A stretch of DNA of 64,000 nucleotides from assembly GCA_963817915.1 (NCBI GenBank), contig CAWFQL010000009.1, positions 224,001-288,000 on the forward strand, written 5' to 3'. The notes below the pieces were generated by a model. That model was not told where the DNA came from and ran no database searches. It saw nothing but the letters and a program-made list of their open reading frames with translations. This DNA comes from an uncultured candidate division Zixibacteria bacterium (lineage in GTDB: Bacteria > Zixibacteria > MSB-5A5 > UBA10806). Positions within the stretch are counted from its first letter, which is position 1, and each line of letters starts with the position of its first letter. Shown piece by piece: positions 11,065 through 21,418 of this stretch. The position numbers and the translations under genes were made by a program.

Positions 11065-12456
11065 TCAATCTATGATCTTGTAGTCCTTGATTTTATAAAG
11101 CAAAGAACGATAGCTGATTTCCAGGAGTTTGGCGGCTTTGCGGCGATTCCAGTTGGTTTTATGGAGCACCTTGGTAATCATTAGTTTCTCTATTTCACTG
11201 ACTGCGGCTTCGACCTTTTTCTTCAATGAGTATTCATCATCGTCCATATCGACAAGAGGTGACTTCTTGCCGGAACCGGGTATCGGGCCTTTTAGCATTT
11301 CATAAATTATATTTTCATCTGACCTGACGACGATTTGCTTGATAAGATTCTCAAGCTGTCTGACATTGCCGGGCCAATCAAATCCCTGGAGTTGTTTCAT
11401 CGTTTCTTGTTTTAATTCCTTGCGGGGCTTTCCATAAAGTATTGAATGCTTTTCCATGAAATGATCTACGAGCAGAGGAATATCGCTTCGTCTATTCCGT
11501 AATGACGGCAAATTCACGGTAATTTCATTTAGCCGATAAAATAAATCGTCTCTCATGGCTTTCTGAGCTATTGCCTCTTCGAGATTTTTATTGGTGGCAC
11601 AGACAATTCTGACATCGACATGGATATTATTGATTCCGCCTACCCTTACAAATTCCTGCTGTTCCAAAACCTGAAGCAGTTTCGATTGAAGCTCCATCGG
11701 CATATCGCCGATTTCGTCGAGGAACATGGTACCCTTGTTTCCGACCTCGAATCTCCCCGGTTTTGTCTTATGGGCGCCGGTAAACGCGCCTTTCTCATAT
11801 CCAAATAGTTCCGCTTCAAGAAGATCGCGAGGAATCGCAGCGCAGTTTACTTTTACAAATGGTTCTTTTTTCCTTGCAGATCTTGTATGAATCAACCTGG
11901 CTACGATTTCCTTACCGGTTCCCGATTCACCTCTGATTAGAACGGTCAATTCCGAATTGGCGACTTCTTCAATAATATTTTTGACTTCGACCATGGAAGA
12001 TGAATCGCCAATTAATACTTCTCTTTGGCTTTCCTTAAGTTTTTCCTGGAGGTCCGAAAGCTCTTCCTTCAGTTTCCGTTTCTCCATTACCGAACGGATA
12101 TGAATTTCGACTTCTTTGACATCGAAAGGCTTATTGATAAATTCTGCCGCGCCCTTGCGGACAGAATCTACTATATTCTTGGTATCTCCATGACCGGACA
12201 GCATTATTATATCTAAAGTTTCGTCGATGCTTTTTAGTTTTTCGAGCACCTCGATGCCGTTCATGCCGGGCATCTGAATATCCAGAAGAATAAGCTCGGG
12301 CCGTTTGGATGCGGGAGTGGACGAAATTTTATTAATACCCTCTTTGCCATCTCTGGCAGATTCGATTATATAGCCGTTCCCGAGTCCCTCTGAAAGAATC
12401 CAGGAGACTTTGGGGTCATCATCGATAATGAGAATGTTTATGCTTTTTTCAGTCAT
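11065..12456 (-). CDS. Sigma-54-dependent response regulator (AtoC/NtrC family)
   Basis: REC domain, GESGTGKE, intact [21 protein letters not shown], Fis HTH; probable start MTEKSIN at 12456. Confidence 0.95.
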   Translation of the reverse strand: MTEKSINILIIDDDPKVSWILSEGLGNGYIIESARDGKEGINKISSTPASKRPELILLDIQMPGMNGIEVLEKLKSIDETLDIIMLSGHGDTKNIVDSVRKGAAEFINKPFDVKEVEIHIRSVMEKRKLKEELSDLQEKLKESQREVLIGDSSSMVEVKNIIEEVANSELTVLIRGESGTGKEIVARLIHTRSARKKEPFVKVNCAAIPRDLLEAELFGYEKGAFTGAHKTKPGRFEVGNKGTMFLDEIGDMPMELQSKLLQVLEQQEFVRVGGINNIHVDVRIVCATNKNLEEAIAQKAMRDDLFYRLNEITVNLPSLRNRRSDIPLLVDHFMEKHSILYGKPRKELKQETMKQLQGFDWPGNVRQLENLIKQIVVRSDENIIYEMLKGPIPGSGKKSPLVDMDDDEYSLKKKVEAAVSEIEKLMITKVLHKTNWNRRKAAKLLEISYRSLLYKIKDYKIID

Positions 12457-12463
12457 AATTTTT

Positions 12464-14560
12464 TCATAATGGTAATTCAATGATAAAAACCGTTCCTTTG
12501 CCGACTTCACTCTGCACGCCAATTTTACCTTCATGCACCGAAATAATTCTTTCCACGATTGATAATCCTAAACCTGTTCCCGTGCTTTTAGTTGTGTAAT
12601 ATCTCGCAAATATTCTGCTAAGATCTTCTTCCGGTATTCCGCAGCCGGTATCGCTGATCTCTATTTTCAGCTTATTACCATCGGAACCTAATGCTCTGAA
12701 TGCCTTAAGCCTCAGGGTTCCATTGCTATCCATGCTATCGACAGCGTTAAGAATAATATTAATGAAAACCTGCAACATTTCTCTATCATTGAGCATGATT
12801 TCCGGGAGCGCCTCTTCGAATTCCCTGATCACATTTATATCTTTATGTTTCAAATCTGAACTAAGCAATTCCAGTGTTCGTTCTATGAGCCTGGTAACGT
12901 CGGTCTTTTTGGTCTGGTACATATTGGGATTGGCGAATTCGACCATCTCCTTCACCAATTCCGCCATTCTGCCGACCTCCTTTTCGGCCTCGCCAAAAAA
13001 TTCGACAGCCTTTTTGCCGGGGAATTTATCTTTATAAATCTGAAACATACCCTTTAGATTGGTCAGTGGCTTTTTCAAATCATGGCCGATTTCCGCCAGC
13101 AGTTTGCCCATGGTCAATAACCTGGTGGAATTTAAGACGGCTTTTTGTCTTTGATAAATCGCGGCTATCTGACTCAATGCCAATTGTGCCATTTCACGCA
13201 TCGAGGAATTAAATTTGGCGTCATCGCGGAATATAAGCACGGCGACATTTGTCAATGATCTCCTTAAATAGATTGGAATGGGAATTACCTGGAATTTTCC
13301 CCTATCCAGATATTCTAATGAATCGAATTGATTGGCAATTTTACATTCAATACTGGCCCCCATATTCCTGTTTTCGATGGCGGCCTCTTCTTCCGGCAAC
13401 GATATCACCCTTATAAAATCGGGCACTGTCGGTAAACTGAAAATCGATGAATAGAAATCGAGATTGAGCGAGACGCTGCGTTCATGATAATCATACCAGA
13501 AAAGACATTCTATTCCCAAAAGTCTTTGAAGCCCATCGAAAGTCACATCGCCAATAGTTGAAAGATCATCCATCATGGAGACCTTCTCGGCCAGATTATG
13601 CAAAATTTCGAGATGCTGAATTGTCTCAGTCTTATTGGCGATAAGATTGGCCCTATCGATGGCAACCGCGGCAGGGATCGCCAATGACGCCAGCATCATT
13701 ATATCGTCCTGAGTGAATGGCTTGCCATTTTGCTTATTATTAAGATTGATAACGCCGTAAAGCTCATCTTTGTATATCAGCGGAACGGAGATCAGCGATT
13801 TTGATTCATATTTTTGTCTATTAATACGGGCAAATCGCGGATCCTGCTCTATATCTTCTATTATCAATGGCCGCCCGCTTTGAGCAACATAACCCGAAAT
13901 TGACGAGCCTAATTTTTGTCGGGCATTTTGGACTACGACATCATCGAGGCCGCATGAGGCGGCAACAAAGAGCTCTTCTTTTTCAGGATCGAGTATCATT
14001 ACGGAGCCAAGCTTGGCACCGATAACATCGATTGCTAATGATAATATAGACGTTAATGCTTCTTTGAGATCAGTAGTAGTGGCCAAAAGATTGCCAGCCG
14101 ATGACAGGGCATCGATCTGAGCCAATTTCAGTTCCAATGACTCATTAGCGACTTTCAGTTCATTCAAAAGTTTTAGACGCTCAATCTCGACCTTGCGCTT
14201 CATTATGCTTTGCGAAACCACAAGTTTCAGTTCGTCGAGTTCGAGCGGCTTGGTTAGATATCCGAATGCACCCTGCTCTATCGCGTGCTTGGCACTTTCC
14301 AGCGAGGCATAACCTGTAATTAAGATCACTCCCATCAGGGGATCTTTTTCGTGGGCCTTTTTCAGGACGGCGATGCCGTCATATTGAGGCATTTTGATAT
14401 CGGTGATTATCAGATCGAAGTCGGATTTTTCTATCAGCTCGATTGCTTTGGCGGCATCATATTCGCCAGTGACATCGTATCCTTCCAGCGATAGCAATGT
14501 CTTTAGGCTATCGACCATCCTGGCTTCGTTATCTATAACCAGTATTTTATTATCGCTCAT
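12464..14560 (-). CDS. Hybrid REC-GAF-(GAF)-histidine kinase
   Basis: N-terminal REC (DIKMP), GAF (SLISVPL...GVINL), H-box GHDLKKP, N/G boxes DTGCGI and GTGLGL; probable start MSDNK at 14560. Confidence 0.9.
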   Translation of the reverse strand: MSDNKILVIDNEARMVDSLKTLLSLEGYDVTGEYDAAKAIELIEKSDFDLIITDIKMPQYDGIAVLKKAHEKDPLMGVILITGYASLESAKHAIEQGAFGYLTKPLELDELKLVVSQSIMKRKVEIERLKLLNELKVANESLELKLAQIDALSSAGNLLATTTDLKEALTSILSLAIDVIGAKLGSVMILDPEKEELFVAASCGLDDVVVQNARQKLGSSISGYVAQSGRPLIIEDIEQDPRFARINRQKYESKSLISVPLIYKDELYGVINLNNKQNGKPFTQDDIMMLASLAIPAAVAIDRANLIANKTETIQHLEILHNLAEKVSMMDDLSTIGDVTFDGLQRLLGIECLFWYDYHERSVSLNLDFYSSIFSLPTVPDFIRVISLPEEEAAIENRNMGASIECKIANQFDSLEYLDRGKFQVIPIPIYLRRSLTNVAVLIFRDDAKFNSSMREMAQLALSQIAAIYQRQKAVLNSTRLLTMGKLLAEIGHDLKKPLTNLKGMFQIYKDKFPGKKAVEFFGEAEKEVGRMAELVKEMVEFANPNMYQTKKTDVTRLIERTLELLSSDLKHKDINVIREFEEALPEIMLNDREMLQVFINIILNAVDSMDSNGTLRLKAFRALGSDGNKLKIEISDTGCGIPEEDLSRIFARYYTTKSTGTGLGLSIVERIISVHEGKIGVQSEVGKGTVFIIELPL

Positions 14561-15899
14561 TTTCAACTCTAATCGGCAATTTAATTGTAAATATCGCGCC
14601 ACCGTCAGGGTTATTGCCGGCGGTTATAAATCCATGATGCGATCTTATTATACCATAGCATACGGCAAGACCCAATCCGGTACCTGAATCTTTTTTGGTC
14701 GTATAAAATGGCTCGAATATATTCGGTAAATCATTTTCGGAAATACCGCTACCGCTATCAGCGAATGCAATTTCCGCAAATCCGTCGTTCGCGCGAAGCG
14801 AGATGATTAACTTTCCTCCCTTGGGCATGGCATCACGGGCATTAAGAAGCAGATTTAGAAAAACCTGACGTAATCGTTCGGAAGAGCCGGTAATCGACAT
14901 CGGATTTCGTTCATATTCTTTATTTATTTCTATTCCCGAATTATTCAATTTCCCTGAAACAAGCTCAATAGTAGCGTCAAGAGTCTCCAGAATATCTAAT
15001 GAAACCGGGCTCTCCAGGACCGGCCTGTAAAAATCAAGCAGCTGCCTTACAATTCTCGCTATCCTGTCCACTTCCTCTTGAACTATAACTAAATTATTGG
15101 ATATCTGCTCATTTCCATCAACATAATTAGCGAGTATGGCAAGGTAATTTTTAATAATCCCCAACGGATTATTGACCTCGTGAGCAATTGATGCCGAGAG
15201 TCTTCCCAACGCCGCCAACCGTTCCGATTCAATCAGCCTTTTCTGAGCCATCTGCAACTCGATCAAGGCTCTTTTTTCGCTTTCATAAAGGTCAGCATTG
15301 ATAATCGCGACGCTTAATTGATTAACCAAAATAGACACAAACTCAAGATCGTTTTCATGATATGATACTCCGGATAGCCTCTTTGGCAGAATCAAAATGC
15401 CCAATAAGTTGCCCTTCACTATCAACGGTACTATTAATTCTGCCTCTGCCTTTTGCAATTTTGATAAATCTTCGGAATCATTGGGAAGGTTCTTATGAAT
15501 CTCCTCAAAAAACATTGGCTTGGCTTTTCGCTGAATATACCTTACAAGGGGCCCCACCCTGGAAAATTCTATCGAAGAATCATGATCCAGCGACATCCCT
15601 TTTACATGACAATGGCTTAATTTATTGGCGTGGGTCGGGTCTTGCACTACGATTACGGCCCCTGATACACCCATCTGGCCGATACAGGTATAAAGTATAG
15701 CATCCAAGAGCGAATCTACACTCAGCATCGAATTGAGATGGCGGGATATCTCAAAGATCGTATAAAGATCGAATATCTTGCGACGCAGTTCCTTATTATC
15801 GTCGGTCAACGATCCAATATGAAAAGTACTCGGAAACAGATCCGAGTCTCGCCTGCCAACAGATAATTCCGTATTATCTTTTTTCGGAAATTCTTCCAT
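14550..15899 (-). CDS. Cytoplasmic GAF-sensor histidine kinase
   Basis: GAF region, AHEVNNPL, NLLLNARDAM, DSGSGI, GTGLGL. Confidence 0.9.
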   Translation of the reverse strand: MEEFPKKDNTELSVGRRDSDLFPSTFHIGSLTDDNKELRRKIFDLYTIFEISRHLNSMLSVDSLLDAILYTCIGQMGVSGAVIVVQDPTHANKLSHCHVKGMSLDHDSSIEFSRVGPLVRYIQRKAKPMFFEEIHKNLPNDSEDLSKLQKAEAELIVPLIVKGNLLGILILPKRLSGVSYHENDLEFVSILVNQLSVAIINADLYESEKRALIELQMAQKRLIESERLAALGRLSASIAHEVNNPLGIIKNYLAILANYVDGNEQISNNLVIVQEEVDRIARIVRQLLDFYRPVLESPVSLDILETLDATIELVSGKLNNSGIEINKEYERNPMSITGSSERLRQVFLNLLLNARDAMPKGGKLIISLRANDGFAEIAFADSGSGISENDLPNIFEPFYTTKKDSGTGLGLAVCYGIIRSHHGFITAGNNPDGGAIFTIKLPIRVENER

Positions 15900-16228
15900 C
15901 TTTATTCTAATCGGCAATTTAGCGCCAGAGATTCATTGAGGCGCTTCTACTGCTATTGAATTGTGCGATCTCCAGTTGAAATGTGGACTCCGGGACGGCT
16001 GCAATTTTCATTTGAATGCCACGCCAATAATTCAATATTCACTCAAACTTCTCCACTGCAATCTTTTTCACTAAAAAATAAGATAAGTCGGGGTCATTTA
16101 TTGTCAATCTATTTTTAGATTGAAAATCGCGGATCAATTTGCTATTCAATGGTCTGAGGAATCCGGCAATATTTCGCCGGATCGGTATTAAGCCAAGAAT
16201 AAGGAACAAAGCCGCGTAAAATATACGG

Positions 16229-17329
16229 GTGATTGATACGGACAACATAGTTCAAAAATTGACAGATGCTTTAGCCGGAATGGCGGAAATCACCGCTATT
16301 TATACTTCGAAGCGTGAAATTCTGTTTAAGGCAAATCCTTTGATTGACCTGACAGCGTTTAAGCCTACGCTGCAATCGCACCTGGCCCTTTGCGGATATA
16401 AACCCGAGATTTTGGCAATTCAGCCATTGCTGGTGGTTCGGTTGAGGTCACTCGAAATAGAACGATCAAAAAATATCCCATGGCTGAATATGATTCTATT
16501 TCTGATCACGGTTATCACCACAATTTTGACAGGGGCTAGCTATAATGGAATCGAGATGAGTACCATACCAAGCTTAATTATTGATAATCCCCTGCAAGTA
16601 TTTTACAGGGGACTTCCCTTTTCAATTTCGCTCCTCAGCATCTTGCTATGTCACGAATTCGGACATTATACGGCATCGAGGATTCATGGAGTTAATGTCT
16701 CACTTCCATATTTTATTCCGGCGTTCTGGTTTTCGCCTATTGGGACATTCGGGGCATTTATAAAATCAAAATCAGCTTTCATCAACAAGCGGCAATTACT
16801 CGATATCGGGGCTGCGGGGCCGCTTTCCGGCTTAGTTATCGCCATAATCGTATATTCGATAGGGATAGCAAGTTCGTCGATATTACCTGCTCCAAAGGAT
16901 ATTTCCGGAGTTATGACGATGGGAGATTCGCTGCTTAATGCGTCGATTACTTATATTATCAAAGGTCCTGTTCCAGAAGGTCAGGCTATATTCTTTAACT
17001 CTGTGGCATTCGCGGGTTGGGTTGGAATACTGGTGACCATGCTGAATCTTTTGCCGATAGGTCAGCTCGATGGGGGACATATTATCTACGCGCTTTTTGG
17101 CAAAAAACAAAAATTCCTCGCCAATGCTGTTTTTATAATACTCATAGCCTTGTCATTTGTATGGATGGGCTGGGCTTTCTGGCTGATTATCGCCATATTT
17201 ATGAAGCCCGCCCACCCGCCAACTGTGATGGATGAATTACCATTGGGGCCAGGAAGAAAATTTGTAGGCTATCTAAGTATCGCAGTGTTTATTATTTGCT
17301 TCATCCCAGTGCCATTTGCCTTAGCATAG
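16229..17329 (+). CDS. Site-2 protease family (M50) membrane metalloprotease
   Basis: HEFGH, AGP, NLLPIGQLDGGH, multiple TM segments. Confidence 0.9.
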   Translation: MIDTDNIVQKLTDALAGMAEITAIYTSKREILFKANPLIDLTAFKPTLQSHLALCGYKPEILAIQPLLVVRLRSLEIERSKNIPWLNMILFLITVITTILTGASYNGIEMSTIPSLIIDNPLQVFYRGLPFSISLLSILLCHEFGHYTASRIHGVNVSLPYFIPAFWFSPIGTFGAFIKSKSAFINKRQLLDIGAAGPLSGLVIAIIVYSIGIASSSILPAPKDISGVMTMGDSLLNASITYIIKGPVPEGQAIFFNSVAFAGWVGILVTMLNLLPIGQLDGGHIIYALFGKKQKFLANAVFIILIALSFVWMGWAFWLIIAIFMKPAHPPTVMDELPLGPGRKFVGYLSIAVFIICFIPVPFALA

Positions 17330-17354
17330 TAAGATTTTAGATTTTTATATAGAG

Positions 17355-17384
17355 TTAAGGCGAGGATAAGCATCCTCGCCTTAA
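17355..17384. terminator. Probable bidirectional intrinsic terminator between convergent genes
   Basis: TTAAGGCGAGGAT-aagc-ATCCTCGCCTTAA perfect stem. Confidence 0.7.
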
Positions 17385-17407
17385 AAATATCAATTTTTTA
17401 CTAATTA

Positions 17408-20299
17408 CTATTTTAGAAGAGTCATTTTTCTGGTTTGCGAAAAGTCATCGGCCTGGATTTTATAGAGATAGATTCCACTCGCAAAATCGTTGGCATTCCA
17501 AATCAAGGAATGATTTCCCGCTTCAAGGTCACCCATTTGATTTGAATACACGAGCCTTCCGGCGATATCATAGATTGTGAAAACAACCTCAGATTTCATG
17601 GGCAAATCGAATGATATTTCGGTAGATGGGTTAAATGGATTGGGATAATTTTGTCGCAGAGAAAATGATTTCGGAACCAAGTTGTTATTGGGTTCATCTA
17701 CGCCCGTAACATCAAAGGAATAAACCGAGAAATCATCGACTCCCCCCTCGCACATCGAGCCAAGACCTCTGTCCTCGGCAATAAAGCGAATTTTCATCTG
17801 GGAGGTCGGAGTGATAAATTGATTCACGAGAAATCTTTTCTTCCTCCAATAATTCTCAGTTCTCGGAACCATTTCGAGCGATATCCAGGATTGACCATTA
17901 TCATTGGAGATATCTACATAAAATGTGTCATCGAAATTGGTTTGGTCTGTAAACCATCGCCAATACTCGATAACAGGGCTTTCGTATGAAGAAAAATCAA
18001 GAACCGGTGTTGTCAATGTTGTTTGGCCACTGTCCACATCAGCGTAACCATTCGACTGGCCCTGTACATGCTGGCCGGTGATATAGCAATTAACTCCCGG
18101 GTCAAGAGTATGGTCATCCTCGGGCTGGTATGGGAAATTGGGGTCGGTGTCTGAAAATGTTCCGATCGGGTCGACCCTTACCCAAATACCGCGCCTAGCA
18201 TTATCTTCCGCGCCGCCGACAGTCCACCCCGACGCGATCTCGAAGTTATCATAGAGTCGGGTTGTTAATGATCCAACTACAAAAAAGTGCGGCTGCAACG
18301 GGGCCGATGAGGGTTCGAGATAATTCCTTCCGTGAATATCGGTAACCGAAATATAATACTCAATCAATGTCCCATACGGCTGCGCGGGAATCAGTCCCGA
18401 ATACTCCGCCGGCAATCCAGTCGGCTGCATCAATATGGTATTATAAGACGAATTTCTCTCCAGACGATAGCAGACAAAAATCGAATCGGCATTTGGTGGG
18501 GTCACCGTGCTTTCTATTATGGCCACTACGGGGTAAGGATTATTGACATCATTAGTATCAATCAATGGTTCATGTGTAATCGTAATTTTATCCCCGGGGC
18601 CAATTCCATGCTGATCGAAGGCTTCATAAATCTCGTTGGAATGCGGCGTACCATTGAAAAGATTGTCATCGTCATCGTCATAAACCAGTATATCTACCAT
18701 ATAATCTTCGAAATTTGTCGAGTAGCCGTAACGTGCGAAATGAAATAATGAATCGCCATAGGCTTCTCTCGGAGCCAAAAGCATTCTTAAATCCCAGAGC
18801 GCGCCCGAAATAATCATGCCATCATTATGAGATTCACCATTCCAATCTTCAGGATAGCGATAATCGTTATCAACCGTTCTAAGGTAGGTATTTTCTCCCT
18901 GGAATCCCCTGCCTATCAATGGCTGATTAGTTATTGCCGCGGCGGTATAGTCAGACCATCCTTCGTGCTGCGCACCGGATGGCGCATACGGAGCGTATAG
19001 ATATTCAGTGATACCGTGACCGTACTCGTGATAGATCACATCGGCGATTTCGCCGGTATTTTCGCATCCACCGCCTCTCATGAAGAAATTAATCGAGGAG
19101 CCATCCCAGTAGGCATTGCACGTTTGATTCAAGTTGACATTGCAGGTTAATCCTATATCGAGCTGAGTATAATCCGGGTCCAATATTTTGAAGAAATCGT
19201 GGACGACATTAGTATGGAAGAAGGAATTGCGTTCATCCATCCGAGAATCGAGCGGACTCCATAGAATATGAGCTGTGTCTCCCGGGGTAATATTTCCTGA
19301 ATAAGAGGCCCCCGGCCCTTGAGCATTATGGACCACTACATAGCGACCTTCTAAATTCACAGTAAAAGGATTGGTATTCTGATCATTAGCATCAGCGGTA
19401 AAGAAACCATTGGTATCAGTATATACCATGGCAACGCCGGTTATTCGGACCAATTCATTTTTAAATGGATTAGTTTCAGGCGTATCGAATGGGGTCGCTG
19501 GATAAATTTCGCCATTAACAAAGCCGTCAAATGTGTAATAATAAATCATATCTTTGCGATATAGCACCTGGCCGTTGGCGGCATCGACAATGGTCAGCCA
19601 TTTCGAAGGCTCATCGGTTGAAATTTCAACCTTATAGGCTAATTTGTATTGGATCTCAGCTTCCCCAGGAATCGGGAATACAATCAATTCGGGAGTTGAG
19701 GACTTAAAGTTATTTCCGGAGGAAACACCAATTCCAGCGAATTGAATTGCCTGTTCTGCGGAAATTGCCGGCGAGGTCGAGATATTGATATCTGGGTAGT
19801 AATCAGAAGTAAATTCAACAATATTCCCTCTATCGGAAATATTAACCATAATCTTACTATTGTATACATTGAGGCCGTTAAACTTTTGCCCGAAAGCTAC
19901 AATCCAGTGGCCCCAGCGGTGCCTGGAAGAAACAAGTTCAAGATTTTCGGGTGCGACTCTTAAAAATGATCTTTCGGTACTCAGGAAAGCACGAGCAAGA
20001 TCTCTTGCCGAGGATTCATTTTGCGGAATACCTACATGAATTGATCCGCCATAACCCTTGTGCATTATGCCGGTGAGTCGATTTTGATTGCCCAGCCAGG
20101 CTCCATTTCGAGTGACAAATCCCTTCCATTCCGGATTCAGGAAATCCATAGGAGTGGTCATTGCAATTTGAATTCTTTCATCGTCGTAATAAGGAATCGA
20201 TACCGCACGAGTATCAATACCATTATTTGGGGCGAATGCCGCCGCTGTTGCGAAAACCGCAAAAACAAATGACAGTACTAACCATCCGCAATTTTTCAA
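17408..20299 (-). CDS. Secreted thermolysin/fungalysin-like (M4/M36) metallopeptidase with FTP/PepSY propeptide and a Por/T9SS-like C-terminal domain
   Basis: Signal peptide, NAYWDG, HEYGH, HEGWSD, C-terminal LRQNYPNPFNPST...SGIYLYKI...RKMTLLK. Confidence 0.88.
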   Translation of the reverse strand: MKNCGWLVLSFVFAVFATAAAFAPNNGIDTRAVSIPYYDDERIQIAMTTPMDFLNPEWKGFVTRNGAWLGNQNRLTGIMHKGYGGSIHVGIPQNESSARDLARAFLSTERSFLRVAPENLELVSSRHRWGHWIVAFGQKFNGLNVYNSKIMVNISDRGNIVEFTSDYYPDINISTSPAISAEQAIQFAGIGVSSGNNFKSSTPELIVFPIPGEAEIQYKLAYKVEISTDEPSKWLTIVDAANGQVLYRKDMIYYYTFDGFVNGEIYPATPFDTPETNPFKNELVRITGVAMVYTDTNGFFTADANDQNTNPFTVNLEGRYVVVHNAQGPGASYSGNITPGDTAHILWSPLDSRMDERNSFFHTNVVHDFFKILDPDYTQLDIGLTCNVNLNQTCNAYWDGSSINFFMRGGGCENTGEIADVIYHEYGHGITEYLYAPYAPSGAQHEGWSDYTAAAITNQPLIGRGFQGENTYLRTVDNDYRYPEDWNGESHNDGMIISGALWDLRMLLAPREAYGDSLFHFARYGYSTNFEDYMVDILVYDDDDDNLFNGTPHSNEIYEAFDQHGIGPGDKITITHEPLIDTNDVNNPYPVVAIIESTVTPPNADSIFVCYRLERNSSYNTILMQPTGLPAEYSGLIPAQPYGTLIEYYISVTDIHGRNYLEPSSAPLQPHFFVVGSLTTRLYDNFEIASGWTVGGAEDNARRGIWVRVDPIGTFSDTDPNFPYQPEDDHTLDPGVNCYITGQHVQGQSNGYADVDSGQTTLTTPVLDFSSYESPVIEYWRWFTDQTNFDDTFYVDISNDNGQSWISLEMVPRTENYWRKKRFLVNQFITPTSQMKIRFIAEDRGLGSMCEGGVDDFSVYSFDVTGVDEPNNNLVPKSFSLRQNYPNPFNPSTEISFDLPMKSEVVFTIYDIAGRLVYSNQMGDLEAGNHSLIWNANDFASGIYLYKIQADDFSQTRKMTLLK

Positions 20300-20435
20300 A
20301 TTTCCTCCCGGTGTTTTTTGTCCATTTATTTGTTAACAATTACAATTCTAAAGTAATTCCACTATTCACAATAATATAGCACATAATTTAATATTTGGAC
20401 TTGTTTTTTTTAGGACATTAATTTAAAATATCGAG

Positions 20436-21411
20436 ATGAAAATACATGCATCGATACATTCAAGTTTTCCCCGAGTGGGAGATGACTCCCGGGAGCAGAG
20501 GCTTCGGCGTTCATATGCCGATTTGGAAAAAGCCAAAATTTCGGTAGAGGATTTCAAAAAAGTACAGGACGACCTTGTTGATGAGATAATCCTCATCCAA
20601 AAAAACGCAGGAATCGATTATATCACTGACGGCTTGATTCGCTGGTACGATCCGGCGTCGCATCTCGCCAGACATCTGAAGGGCTTTGATATCAACGGTT
20701 TACTGCGCTTTTTCGACACTAATACTTATTATAGGCAGCCGGTTGCCAGAGGCAATTTCGCGGTTGTGGATGATTCTTTCGCTGGAGAAATCAAATATTC
20801 GTGTTCTCGTTCCGAAAAGCCTGTAAAGGCAGTCATCCTCGGACCATATTCAATGGCCAAGATGTCTCTGAATTCCACTAACCTCAAATTTGATGAATTC
20901 TGCCTCCAGCTTTCGGAAATTATTGCCAAATTAACTAATGAGTTTTTCGATGGCGGGCGCTGATATTATTCAAATAGAAGAACCGGCTTTTATCAGGGAG
21001 CCTCAGCATATCGATTTATTAAAGAAATCCATATCCGCAATTTACAACAACAAGAACAAGGCCAAGTTATTGTTGTCCTTTTACTTCGGCGATTGCGGTA
21101 AAGCATTGGATGGACTGGCAAGTATTCCCGCCGATATTTTCGGATTTGATTTTACCTATTCGCCGGGGTTAATCGACAAAATTTCATCCAATGGATTCCC
21201 TAAGCCGATATCATTCGGAATCATTGACGGTCGCAATACGAAAATGGAATCCGCGGACGCAATAGCGAAGATATTGGAAAAACCATTGAAGAAACTCGGC
21301 AAGGACGGCTGTCATGTGACATCATCCTGCGGGCTCGAATACTTGCCGCGTAATTATGCTATCAAGAAGCTTGAATTGACTGCCAAAGTCGCTAATCTAT
21401 TGAATGGATAA
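20436..21411 (+). CDS. Cobalamin-independent methionine synthase, N-terminal-like subunit of a split MetE; one indel at ~20945 (poly-T)
   Basis: SSFPR, TDGLIRWYD, RFFDTNTYYRQP, IQIEEP, GIIDGRNTKME, SCGLEYLP. Confidence 0.8.
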
Positions 21412-21418
21412 ATAAAAT

